DNA from: Thermoanaerobaculia bacterium
GTDB taxonomy: Bacteria > Acidobacteriota > Thermoanaerobaculia > Multivoradales > Multivoraceae
Assembly (NCBI GenBank): GCA_963664405.1
Contig: OY761158.1
Location: 5,088,001 to 5,152,000, forward strand
Length of the DNA stretch: 64,000 nucleotides
Direction of reading: 5' to 3'
Under the pieces are notes generated by a model. The model searched no databases. It was given only the letters and a program-made list of their open reading frames with translations, and was not told the origin of the DNA. Both the position numbers and the translations under genes were made by a program. Of the stretch, positions 39,801-48,748 are shown one piece after another. Position 1 is the stretch's first letter, and the number at the start of each line of letters is the position of its first letter.

Positions 39801-40069
39801 CACCGACAGCGCTGTTCTTCAAGATGCACGATCCCTGGCACGATCTGGGTGAGGGCATTATCGACTCTCCGCCGATCAACGCCGGCCTGCAAATGGTGAT
39901 CGATCGTCCGATCGCCCTCGGCGAGACTTGCCGAGCCAGAGGTGAGCTCGTCGACAAGGGAATATCTGGGCGGTGCTGGTTTCGGACCGTGGAGTTCGTC
40001 GTTCGTGATGCCGAAGGTCGCCGCTGCGCCGCTCTACGCCAAAAGGCCAAGTGGTTCGCGCCTGAGTAG
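36836..40069 (+). CDS. Tandem family III (CaiB/BaiF) CoA-transferase fused to a double hot-dog (MaoC-like) domain
   Basis: Two CaiB units (LLADLGADVVLVE..NKRS; LALNGADVVQVE..NLNKRAITLDLK..VVENF..SISGYGQTGP); C-terminal SIHDDAKAREYGF and SPWGDPVAPP; start could be 36800. Confidence 0.85.
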   Translation: MSALDDLHVLDLTTSMAGAWCTRLLADLGADVVLVEPPAGHPLRRLRPLTADGSSIPARYVQANKRSLAADLETDDGRRRVASVAATSDVVVDSHSPGELARFGLDFETLERQRPGIVVASITPHGQSGERQRHAGNELTAFALSGWASINGRAEGPPLKGGGHLGSYLAGTAACGAVLAALWARDERGIGQTIDLAETELLLEMFAPGVLSALHSGLQSRGGRRDLHGGAMLKTKDGHFAFSLTRGARWAEALVALGLEELAADERFGSEEGRTSADFIAAVEARVAELDKMEMFEKLAPVRTAGGPVLNLAELASNEHLRARCFFVRPDDNEDGPEFPGAPFRMPHSPWRLRRSAPAPGEHSEEVLAELEGREMRLPNASSPAAEPVSDDAPPLAGLRVIAFTHAWVGPFCAELLALNGADVVQVESRQRPDEFRAGIFEGEVPPKLRDVTSAVNSWNCQPQYNAVNLNKRAITLDLKTPEGADLLQRLVAEADVVVENFSVRVKERLGIGYEALRCTNPDLVMVSISGYGQTGPWRERLAGGGQIEASCGMSSLMGDAEEPMNYSRTIADPTAGYYAFVAVLAALRHRRRTGEGQHVDLAMQEANHCCVGDAMLEYFETGRVRERMGNRHLSFAPHGVYPARGEERWVALAAENEAQWRELCRIAKRPRWLEDPRFLGNGGRKHNEDALDEAIAEWTVTRGRDRLAQELAGAGLPAAPVLDAVEVSADTVFRQRGVVADVAHPETGSWPQVGIPYHYSRTPIWVDRPAPLHGEHSAEVFAEWVGMEEAAYRELEAKGVTGMGPPEGWRRVVFEGRWRRIDYSRPIANVSIHDDAKAREYGFSRGFGFGDAAIDAVMPAILSRYGAPWLEGGWFDLKLVGPLYGDEEVREVAYSDDRENEALTLELVTRDGRLICVGHAGLGVNPPWDGLEVSPQSSEIFPQARLGHKTEETDFAIRREDYLALLDASGNDSAWFREASPWGDPVAPPTALFFKMHDPWHDLGEGIIDSPPINAGLQMVIDRPIALGETCRARGELVDKGISGRCWFRTVEFVVRDAEGRRCAALRQKAKWFAPE

Positions 40070-40079
40070 GTTCACGATC

Positions 40080-40409
40080 CTCGAAGAAACGAGCGAGGTC
40101 GAAGCCTTGGGAGGGAACAACCTGTGCCAGGTTGCTGCCTTCCACCAGCTCCATCGTCAGGTAGCGGAGTCCATCACTCTCCTCGATCGAGTGCAGGATG
40201 ACGATATTGGGATGGTTGAGAGAAGCGACCGCCTTCGCCTCGCGCTCGAAGCGCTCGCACCGATCCGCGTCGTCGGCCAACTCTCTTGGGAGAATCTTCA
40301 GGGCCACCTTGCGATGGAGCTTGTCGTCCATCGCCGCGTAGACCTCACCCATGCCTCCTTCGCCGAGCTTGGCGAGGATCTCGTAGTGGTCGATGCGGCT
40401 ACCGATCAC
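40080..40409 (-). pseudogene. Truncated Ser/Thr kinase (N-lobe only)
   Basis: HYEILAKLGEGGMGEVY, VALK, FEREA, LNHPNIV, MELVEG; similarity ends before HRD/DFG; left end approximate. Confidence 0.85.
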
Positions 40410-41368
40410 TACAGTGCAAGCTTCAGCCACGCGGGATCGTGCTCGCTGCCGTTGCCTCCGTGCAGAGTACGGCGATCGATCCATGCCTCCTGGACGGTAT
40501 TGGCAAGTGCCGGGCTAACCCATATCTGGTCGTAGAGACTGAAGCTCGCCGGCTCTCCTGTCTCCTTGCTGCGATGGGTCCAGGCGGTCGTCAGCGGTCC
40601 GGGCCCACCCTTCTCCTCCTTGGCTGGGTTGGTCTCCTGCGGATTGGCGAGGGCGTCGACCAGTCCGAGCCCAGGAGCCCGCACCATCGGCGCCAGAGCG
40701 GTTGATCTCGGTGGATCTTCCATGTCGCCGAGAATGATGTAGCGACTGCCCTGGCCCATCCGCGCTCCTACGATTCGAGCGACGGTCTCGGCCTGGCGCC
40801 GCCTTCTCTGGTCATTGAGAGCTTCGGCTTCGGGGTCGTTCTTATGGTGCTGATAGTGGCTCTCCAGGTGATTGTTGTAGAGAGTGAAAAGCACGACCGA
40901 GCGGTTGGGGCTCAAGACCTCCACCTCCTGAAGGTCACGCCCGAAGACCGGCTGCCCGGGGGCGTCGGGATGGACCGCGCTGCGGTGAGAGGTGACGGCG
41001 CCGAGCGGAAGCTTCGAGAGTACGCCGAGGTCGATCAGGCGCGGATCGTTGCCTTCGAGCACCGAAATGTGGGAGTAGAGCCCACCGAGCTGGTTGCGGT
41101 TGAAATCTTCGAGGGTGTCGAGATTCTCGACCTCCTGTACCGCGAGGACATCGACGTCCATGGCCAGGATCCGGTCACGGATGCGCTCGGTGTCCAACGT
41201 CTTTCTGGCCTTGACGAGCTTTCCGTTGTAGGTGCGCAAGCGAAAGTCCATCGGGTCGCTGAACTCGTAGCGCAGAGTTAGGCCACCCTTGAGCTCTTCA
41301 GGGGTGGCTTTGAAGTGGAACCTCGAGTAGAGATTGTTGAGGTTGAAGGTACCGACGCTGACGTGCAT
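40409..41368 (-). CDS. Endonuclease/exonuclease/phosphatase family protein
   Basis: GTFNLNNL, LAVQEVE, GNDPR, NNHLES, GDMED, DQIW, SEHDP; AAGGAGG RBS. Confidence 0.85.
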   Translation of the reverse strand: MHVSVGTFNLNNLYSRFHFKATPEELKGGLTLRYEFSDPMDFRLRTYNGKLVKARKTLDTERIRDRILAMDVDVLAVQEVENLDTLEDFNRNQLGGLYSHISVLEGNDPRLIDLGVLSKLPLGAVTSHRSAVHPDAPGQPVFGRDLQEVEVLSPNRSVVLFTLYNNHLESHYQHHKNDPEAEALNDQRRRRQAETVARIVGARMGQGSRYIILGDMEDPPRSTALAPMVRAPGLGLVDALANPQETNPAKEEKGGPGPLTTAWTHRSKETGEPASFSLYDQIWVSPALANTVQEAWIDRRTLHGGNGSEHDPAWLKLAL

Positions 41369-41496
41369 GGAGTCCTCCTTACTCGAGGTCCTGGAGAGGA
41401 GCATCGCCGCGCAGGAACACCCGCCCTGCTCGAGGACGGCTTCTTCTCAAGGCTGGTTATTGACTAATCTGTCTAAGAGTATACGCCAAACAGGTG

Positions 41497-43761
41497 CTAG
41501 CGGTGATCTGCGCGTCCCAAGCTCACGTCCACGCCTAGGCGAATGGCGAAGGGAGCTCCGGGACTGAAGAAGCGAGGGTCGTCGAATTCTTTTCCCAGGA
41601 CTCCCTGGGGGTCGCCGAGGACGCCGAAAGTCTCGTAGTCGCGATCGAGGAGGTTGTTGAGGGTGAGGTTGACGGTCAGGCGGCGGTGAAGGGGTAGGGC
41701 CAGCCAGGCATCGGCGACGATGAAGCCGGGAACTCCATCGAGGAGGCCGGCTTCGTCGCCTCTCATCGTCCGCTCCGACGAGGCCCGCAGATCGAGCCCG
41801 ACATTGGCGCGCTTCAAGGAGATCGAGACTCCAGCCTTTACCAGGTGGCGAGGAATACCGGGCAGCGGGTCGCCGGGAAGCACCTGGATCTCACCGCCGT
41901 CAGCCAGTGGGTGGGTGGGGCTCTGGACTCGAAAGGGAGCCTCGAAGGTTGCGTCGACGTAGGTATAGCCACCATGCCACCGCAACCGACCTGTGCCTCC
42001 GCCGGCTGTAGCTTCGAGGCCTAGCCTGCGGGTCTCTTCGACGTTGGTGAAGTGGCCGGTGTTGGTCAGGCGGCCGCTCGAGATGAAGATGATGTCGTCG
42101 TCGCTGCGAGCTCCGAAGGCGGCAAGGCTCCATGAGTTGGCCCCTTGGCGACCGCGCAAGCCGAGCTCGAGGGTCGTGGTCACGACATCGGCGAGAGGTG
42201 GGTCGGCGACGAAGGCGTTGGGAAGGCGGCATGGATCTTCAGGGTCGGCGCAGGTCAGCTCCACTGGGTTGGGGGTGCGTGAAGATTGAGCCAGGCCGGC
42301 GAAGATCTGGAGTGAGCTCTCGCGCCCGGGCCGCGGCTTCCATACCAAGCCTGCAGCCGGGTGGATGCGCTCGAAGTCGTGATCGCCGTTGAGCTCGGTG
42401 CCGAGACGATCGCGGAGCTCGATGCGTGTCTCGTTGTAACGCACCTGGAAGTTGAGCGCCAGCGCTTTCCCGACAGTGGCGTTGTCGACCAGGTAGAGAG
42501 CCGTCCTCCGAACTCGCGTGTCGACATCGACGAAGCCATCTGGGTCGAAGAGCCCACTGCCGACGGTGGTGCGATCGGGGGTGAGGATGGCGAGCTCGGT
42601 CGAGGAGGCGAAGTCGGCATTGCCCTCCTCCCAGGAGGCGCCGGCGACGAAGAGGTTGCCCTCGCCCAGCCAGTCGACTCGGGTCATCTCCACTGTCAGG
42701 CCGAAGGACGACTGCTCGGTTCGGCTGCGATTGTCTGCCGCATTGAAGAAGTCGGGGCTCTCCTCTCCCTCGTCTTCCTCTTCGTTATCGAAGTCGTCGG
42801 CGTTGAGAGTTTCGATGTCGGAACGGCGATGAAAGGCGGTCGCTCGTAGGTAGTTGAGCCCGCCGAGCGATCGCTCGACGTAGAGCCGCGGGAAGACCAG
42901 CCGATTGTCGGTTTCGTCGGGGTAGGTGAAGATCTCCGATCGGTCGCGCTCGAGCAGTTGCACCGGGGCGGCTCCGTTGCCGGTCAGCTGATTGTCGGCG
43001 AAGTCGATCGCCAGCTCGACCCGGCTCTCCGTCCCCACGCGGCTCAGCTTCGTCGAAGCTTGTCGAGTGGTCGAGGGCGAGAAGTCTCTCCATCCGTCCT
43101 CGTCGAAGAGAGTGGCGGCGGCGAAGTAGGCCAACGCACCTTGCGACCCGCCGCTCTCGATGCCCAGCCGGCGCTGGCCCCATGATCCGCCGTCGAGAGC
43201 CAGCTGGTGGCCGGCTCGTCGGAAGCCATCGTCGGAGCGAAGGTGCACGGCTCCACCCAGAGTGTTTACGCCGTACCCTGCCTGACCGCCGGCGACGATC
43301 TCGAGCTCGCCGAGTGAGTCGAGCTGGATCAGGTCCCACTGCACGATGTCGCCGAAGACCTCGTTGATACGCACGCCGTCGTGAAAGATCGACAGACCTT
43401 GCGCCGCGCCGACCAAAGGCGAGGTGGAGAAGCCTCGGAAGAAGAGGTCGGGCTGCAGCGAGCTGCCCTGCACCTCGGTGAGATGAACTCCAGGCAGCTT
43501 CCGCTCGAGCACCGTGGTCAAGCTCGCCGAGCCCTCGAGATCCTCTCGGTCGAGGCGCCCCGAGCTCCAAGGCGCTCGGTCGCTCGGCAGATCCCGACCG
43601 AGCGGGGTCGAGGAGATGACGTCGATCTCCTCGCGGATCTCTGTCTTGGGCTGCTCGTTCGCCGCGGGGGGAGACTCCTCGGCGCCCTCGCCGGCGTCTT
43701 GGCCCTGACCCTTGGTTGGGCCTAGAGAGAGCAGAAGGCAGAGTGCTACGACAGTGCGCAT
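41497..43761 (-). CDS. TonB-dependent receptor
   Basis: QPDLFFRGF, DGVRINEVFGD, YGVNTLGG, ELTCADPEDPCRLPNAF, NNLLDRDYETFG, PGAP. Confidence 0.9.
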   Translation of the reverse strand: MRTVVALCLLLSLGPTKGQGQDAGEGAEESPPAANEQPKTEIREEIDVISSTPLGRDLPSDRAPWSSGRLDREDLEGSASLTTVLERKLPGVHLTEVQGSSLQPDLFFRGFSTSPLVGAAQGLSIFHDGVRINEVFGDIVQWDLIQLDSLGELEIVAGGQAGYGVNTLGGAVHLRSDDGFRRAGHQLALDGGSWGQRRLGIESGGSQGALAYFAAATLFDEDGWRDFSPSTTRQASTKLSRVGTESRVELAIDFADNQLTGNGAAPVQLLERDRSEIFTYPDETDNRLVFPRLYVERSLGGLNYLRATAFHRRSDIETLNADDFDNEEEDEGEESPDFFNAADNRSRTEQSSFGLTVEMTRVDWLGEGNLFVAGASWEEGNADFASSTELAILTPDRTTVGSGLFDPDGFVDVDTRVRRTALYLVDNATVGKALALNFQVRYNETRIELRDRLGTELNGDHDFERIHPAAGLVWKPRPGRESSLQIFAGLAQSSRTPNPVELTCADPEDPCRLPNAFVADPPLADVVTTTLELGLRGRQGANSWSLAAFGARSDDDIIFISSGRLTNTGHFTNVEETRRLGLEATAGGGTGRLRWHGGYTYVDATFEAPFRVQSPTHPLADGGEIQVLPGDPLPGIPRHLVKAGVSISLKRANVGLDLRASSERTMRGDEAGLLDGVPGFIVADAWLALPLHRRLTVNLTLNNLLDRDYETFGVLGDPQGVLGKEFDDPRFFSPGAPFAIRLGVDVSLGRADHR

Positions 43762-43807
43762 TTCGCTCGAGCTTCTGAGAGCCGTCCGCTGGTGTATGAG
43801 CAAGCGG

Positions 43808-46150
43808 TCAGAGAGGCCAGTAGATAGGCAGGAAAACGAGCACGACGAGCAACGTAACGATAGCCAGCGGCAGGCCGACCTTGACGTAGTCAACGAAGCG
43901 GTAACCCCCGGGACCCATAACCAGTACGTTGGCGGGGTGGGTGACTGGACTGATGAAGGAGGAGCTCGCGCCGACGGCGATCGCCATGACCATCGACAGC
44001 GGCGAGATGCCGACGCGAGTGGCGGTGTCCATGGCGATGGGTGCGAGTAGCAGAGCCACTGCAGGGGTTGGCATGATCTGCGCCCCGGCTAGCGCGAGGA
44101 CGAAGAGGCCGCCGACAATCGCTAGCGGGCCGAAACCACCCACGGCGCCGACTAACGCCTCGGTCACGTAGAGGGCCGCTCCGGTCTTCTCCATGGCGAT
44201 GCCAAGGGGCAGCATGCCGGCTATCAGGAAGACGGCTCGCCATTCGATCTCCCTGTAGGCCTCTTGGATCGAGATACAGCCGGTGAGAATCATGAGGGTG
44301 GCGCCGAGGATAGCTGCGATGTAAATCGGCAGCCAGTTCGACAGGGTCACGGCCAGCACCAAGGCCATGCTCAGCAGAGCCCAGGGCGCCCTGTCGACGC
44401 GCGGCGCCTGCTGCAGCTCCTCGGTGAGCACAAGGAAGTCGGGCTCCGCGGCCAGCACGGCGAGTTTCTCGCGGGCACCGTGGAGAAGAAGAGCATCCCC
44501 GAAGACGAGTTTCTCGCTGGCAAGGCCGGTGCGCAGTACGCGTCCCTGGCGCCAGATGGCGAGCACCGAGAGAGCGTATTTCTCACGAAAATGAAGCTGG
44601 CGGAGCGTCCTGCGCGCGATACCGCGGGCGTTCGGAGCAATGGCGACCACTGCCAGAGCGACTTGCTCCGACTCCAGGTCGTCTAGCGACTGCTCCACTC
44701 GGCGTTCCAGACGCAGGCCTTGAAGACCGAGCATGATGCGCAGGGCCCGCGAATCACCTTTCACCACCAGCGCGTCGCCGGCGCGAAAGACCTCGTCGGG
44801 AGCGGGTCGCTGGATCACGTTGCCGTCGCGCTGCAGAGTCAAGAGCATCAGGCCGAATGCGAGTCCGAGCCGCGTCTCGACCAGGGTCTTGTCGACCAGA
44901 AAAGAGTCCTGGGGTACTCGAAGCTTCATCAGCAGGCTGTCGAGCTCGGAGGCATCAGTCTCCTCCGCGTTGGCAGGCTCGAAGTCGCTGCTGCTGACCA
45001 GAGTCTCGATCTCGGCGGCACTGGCCTGCAGAAGCAGGAGGTCGCCGCCTTGGAGGGCAAGCTCATCAAAGCGAGTCGCGAGCAGCTTGTCGCGGCGGCG
45101 AATCGCGACCACGACGGCGCCGCCCGAACTGCGTCGAAAGTCGAGCTCGCGGAGAGTGCGCCCGATCAGCTCAGCCTGGTCCGCGACACGCACGCCGGCG
45201 AGATGAATGTTACCCAGACCCGTGGTTTCGACAGTGAGCTCGCTCTCTGCGAGCTTGAGAGCCGGAGAGTGGCGCAGCTCCTCGAGCTTCACCGGTCGCC
45301 CCTCCACCAACAGCTGGTCACCGGCCTGCAACAGGTCGTTCGGGGCGGGTGCTAGACGAGTTCGTCCGCCGCGTACGATGCCGATGACGGTCAAGCCCAG
45401 GGCCTGTTGAATGCGGCACTCGGCCACAGTGAAGCCATCCAGCTCGGAGTCTTTGGGGAGGCCCAGGATCAGGAGGCGTTTGTGCAAGCCGAAGAGACCG
45501 CGAAGATCGCCGCCAGCCGGAGTATCGAGTGCGAGATCACGCTCCGGTAGCAGGTGGCGCCCGATCAGCACCATGTAGACGATTCCGGCGAGGAGCACTG
45601 TGCCGCCGAGAGGAGTGAAGGCGAACATGCCGAGATCTCCGAGGCCGCGCTCCGAAACGGCCTCCGAGATCAAGATGTTCGGCGGCGTGCCGATGAGCGT
45701 CAACATGCCCCCGAGCAGGGAGCTGAACGACAGGGGAATCAGCAGCTTCGAGGCCGCAATGCCGGTGCGGCGCGCCAGGTCCATCACCACCGGCAGCAGC
45801 AGAGCCGTGGCACCAACGTTGTTCATGAAGGCCGAGAGCACGGCCGAAACAAGCATGATCAGTACCATCAGCCGGACTTCGCTCGTGCCGCCGACGCGTA
45901 ACAGTTGGCGCCCGAGCAGGTTGGCGACGCCGGTCTTCGACAGGCCACCGCTCAAGATGAAGACTGCCCAGACGGTGATGACCGCCGGGCTGGAGAATCC
46001 AGACAGGGCTTCGACTGGCTCGACGAGGCCGGTGACGGCGAGCCCACCAAGGAGCATCAGAGCAACGACGTCGGAGCGCGGCCGCTCGACGACGAAGAGA
46101 GCGACCGCGGTCGCCAGCATTCCCAGGACGAGGGCGATCTCGAAGGTCAC
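43808..46150 (-). CDS. SLC13/DASS permease with four TrkA-C domains
   Basis: SGFSSPAV, SAFMNN, GGMLTLIGTPPN, repeated RCK-C units, PVTHPANVLVMGPGGYRF. Confidence 0.9.
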   Translation of the reverse strand: MTFEIALVLGMLATAVALFVVERPRSDVVALMLLGGLAVTGLVEPVEALSGFSSPAVITVWAVFILSGGLSKTGVANLLGRQLLRVGGTSEVRLMVLIMLVSAVLSAFMNNVGATALLLPVVMDLARRTGIAASKLLIPLSFSSLLGGMLTLIGTPPNILISEAVSERGLGDLGMFAFTPLGGTVLLAGIVYMVLIGRHLLPERDLALDTPAGGDLRGLFGLHKRLLILGLPKDSELDGFTVAECRIQQALGLTVIGIVRGGRTRLAPAPNDLLQAGDQLLVEGRPVKLEELRHSPALKLAESELTVETTGLGNIHLAGVRVADQAELIGRTLRELDFRRSSGGAVVVAIRRRDKLLATRFDELALQGGDLLLLQASAAEIETLVSSSDFEPANAEETDASELDSLLMKLRVPQDSFLVDKTLVETRLGLAFGLMLLTLQRDGNVIQRPAPDEVFRAGDALVVKGDSRALRIMLGLQGLRLERRVEQSLDDLESEQVALAVVAIAPNARGIARRTLRQLHFREKYALSVLAIWRQGRVLRTGLASEKLVFGDALLLHGAREKLAVLAAEPDFLVLTEELQQAPRVDRAPWALLSMALVLAVTLSNWLPIYIAAILGATLMILTGCISIQEAYREIEWRAVFLIAGMLPLGIAMEKTGAALYVTEALVGAVGGFGPLAIVGGLFVLALAGAQIMPTPAVALLLAPIAMDTATRVGISPLSMVMAIAVGASSSFISPVTHPANVLVMGPGGYRFVDYVKVGLPLAIVTLLVVLVFLPIYWPL

Positions 46151-46169
46151 GGTTGGTGCGGCGCCCGGC

Positions 46170-46742
46170 TCAGTCGCCCACCTCGTGGGCCATGATCACC
46201 AGGTCGTGGGTGTCGCCCGCGGTATCGATCACCCAGTCGGCCAGCATGGACTCGAGGTCGAATCCCAATTTGCGAAAGACACCCCTGGCGGCCTCCTGGT
46301 CGCGAGGCATCTGCGCAATGATCTTGCGCAAGCTCGAGTGGCGAGCCACGTCGAGGATCTCGTCGGCGAGAAGAGAGCCAAGCCCGGTCCCCCGATAGCC
46401 GGGACCGACATTGAGGCGGATCTCACCCAGATGCCGCGACCATTGGGTGGGCTGACGATTGAGACTGCCGTAGCCGGCGAGGGTTTGCCCGTCGTAGGCC
46501 AGCACCGTGAAGGTCTGACCGGCTTCGATGTTTCTGACCCACTCCGCAACGACGTCCTGGCGAGTGATGTCCAGGGGCAGGAAGAGTAGATCCTCCTCCT
46601 GCAGCCCGCGCGCGAATTCGACGATATCACCGCATTCCGCCTCGGTCAGCGTCCTCAGCTCCAGATCCTTCCCTCGGGCTTTGACCGTGCGCGGGTAGGA
46701 ACGGCCGGCTTGGAGCGAGGGTATGATCGGCCTTGTCGTCAC
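46170..46742 (-). CDS. GNAT acetyltransferase
   Basis: GEIRLNVGPGYRGTGLG, FRKLGF. Confidence 0.85.
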   Translation of the reverse strand: MTTRPIIPSLQAGRSYPRTVKARGKDLELRTLTEAECGDIVEFARGLQEEDLLFLPLDITRQDVVAEWVRNIEAGQTFTVLAYDGQTLAGYGSLNRQPTQWSRHLGEIRLNVGPGYRGTGLGSLLADEILDVARHSSLRKIIAQMPRDQEAARGVFRKLGFDLESMLADWVIDTAGDTHDLVIMAHEVGD

Positions 46743-46798
46743 CCGAGAAAACTATCAGAACAACCGGCGCCTCACCTCCGCTCTGTTACGCTGCCGTT

Positions 46799-48748
46799 AT
46801 GGAAGAGCGGGTCTTCGGTCACTACCGCGTCGTCGAGGAGTTGGGCCGGGGTGGCATGGGTGTTGTCTACAAGGCCTTCGAGGAGTCGCTGAACCGCTCC
46901 GTCGCGATCAAGGTCCTTGCAGATCATCTCACTGAGGACGAGGATTTCGTCAAGCGCTTCAAGCGGGAGGCTCAGAGTGCGGCGGGCCTGTCGCACCCCA
47001 ATGTCATCCAGATCTTCTTGATCGGCGATGAGCAGGGGGTTCCGTACTTCGTCATGGAGTTCGTCGAAGGGCCGTCAGTGAAGGATGTTCTGAAGAAAGA
47101 GGGGCCCATGGCCTCGGGAGTAGCGGCGAGGCTTGCTCGCCAAGCGGCTTCTGGGCTCGCGGCGGCCCACGACCGGGGTCTGATCCATCGTGACATCAAG
47201 CCCGGAAACCTGATGGTCGCGAGGGGCAATCAGATCAAGATCGCCGACTTCGGCCTGGCCCTCCAGCCCGAGGACGCGGCGACACGATTGACCGCCACCG
47301 GCATGCTGATGGGTACGCCTGGATATCTCTCGCCGGAGCAGTGCGGAGGAGCCTCGCCGGACTCCCGCAGCGACATCTACTCGCTGGGCATGACTCTGTA
47401 CGAGATGCTGGCCGGCTCCGGCCCTTTCGAGGGCAACAGCCCGCTCGCCATCATTCGCCAGATTCTCTACGAGGAGCCGACGCCTCTGGATGAGCTCGAC
47501 ATCGGCGTCAGCCCGCAGCTGAACGAGATCGTGGCGAAGATGCTTGCCAAAGCGCCGTCAGAGAGGTACCAGAGCTGCCGTGAGGTGATGGATGCTCTCA
47601 AGGTCTACATCGAGCGGATTGCACCGTTGGAGGAAGCGAGCGGCCTGACGGTGCCGGTGACAATGCCGGCACTTTCCGGCTCTGCAGAGTTGCCTCCCCT
47701 CCCGGAGCTCCCGTCGGCCGCGAGCGCTGTTCGGGCGCCCACGACGCCGCTGCCGGCAGGTGCGACCCAGCGAGTCGAAGACATTCCTCCGTCCGGAGCT
47801 TACGGCTCGCCGGGTCGTCGTCGGCTGCTCCTGGTCGCTATCCTCGTGCTGCTCCTGCTCGCGGGCGCTGCAGGTATCGCCCTGGTGGCGGGCCCACGTC
47901 TGCAGTCGGCCTGGGCTGACTTCCGAGGAGAGAGAGAGAGGCTCGAAGAGCCCCTGGTCGAGGAAGCAGTCGCGGCCCAACCAGAGCGCCCGGTTGCCGG
48001 CGAGGTGGAGGAGGCGCCGGGACCCGAGCCCGCAGTGCTCGCGGAGCACGCAGACACGGCACCGCCATCCGTCACGGAGAGCCCGCTGGCGTCCGAAGCG
48101 CAACTCGCTGGAACGGCTGGGGAGTCCTCGGTGCAGGAGGCTCCTGGGGCACCTTCATCCCACAGTGGAGTGGTGGATGCCGGGGATCCGATGCCGACTC
48201 GCCTCCGCGCCGAGGCGGCTGTGGCTCCGACCACCCGCGAGAGCCGAGATCGTCCTCCGCCTCTACCCGCTCTTCCGCGGCTGATGGTACTCGGCACCGG
48301 TGAAGCCGCGCTGGCCACCGCCGTCGAGCAGGCGCTGGAAGAGGATCTCGGCCGCCGCGGCTTCGAAGTCGTGGATGAGCGCTCCATGCCCGAGATTGAC
48401 GACCTACTGAAATCGGGCAATGGGAGCGTGACCCACCTTGCCCCCTATCTCGCCGTCAACGATGTGCACGTCCTGGTGGTGGCGGAAGCTGAGTTCCTCG
48501 GAGAGCGAGAGCTCCGCTATTTGGGGCGCCGCAGTTTAGGGCTCAGCTCCGAGCTTCGAATCCACAGCTTTCTCACCGCCGGTCAGCGTGCCCTCGGGCA
48601 GGGTTGGAGAGAGCGCCTGGAGTACACCGGACTGACCGCAGCGAAAACTGCGGATCAGGCGTTGGAGGCCGCTGGCCCCGAGCTCGCCGATGCGATCCGA
48701 GACGGTTGGGCCCTCTTCCGCGAGGAGCGCGGCGCGCCCAGGCTCTAG
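46799..48748 (+). CDS. Membrane Ser/Thr protein kinase
   Basis: GRGGMG, VAIK, HRDIKPGN, DFG, GTPGYLSPE, DIYSLG; TM segment and extracytoplasmic C-terminal domain. Confidence 0.92.
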   Translation: MEERVFGHYRVVEELGRGGMGVVYKAFEESLNRSVAIKVLADHLTEDEDFVKRFKREAQSAAGLSHPNVIQIFLIGDEQGVPYFVMEFVEGPSVKDVLKKEGPMASGVAARLARQAASGLAAAHDRGLIHRDIKPGNLMVARGNQIKIADFGLALQPEDAATRLTATGMLMGTPGYLSPEQCGGASPDSRSDIYSLGMTLYEMLAGSGPFEGNSPLAIIRQILYEEPTPLDELDIGVSPQLNEIVAKMLAKAPSERYQSCREVMDALKVYIERIAPLEEASGLTVPVTMPALSGSAELPPLPELPSAASAVRAPTTPLPAGATQRVEDIPPSGAYGSPGRRRLLLVAILVLLLLAGAAGIALVAGPRLQSAWADFRGERERLEEPLVEEAVAAQPERPVAGEVEEAPGPEPAVLAEHADTAPPSVTESPLASEAQLAGTAGESSVQEAPGAPSSHSGVVDAGDPMPTRLRAEAAVAPTTRESRDRPPPLPALPRLMVLGTGEAALATAVEQALEEDLGRRGFEVVDERSMPEIDDLLKSGNGSVTHLAPYLAVNDVHVLVVAEAEFLGERELRYLGRRSLGLSSELRIHSFLTAGQRALGQGWRERLEYTGLTAAKTADQALEAAGPELADAIRDGWALFREERGAPRL

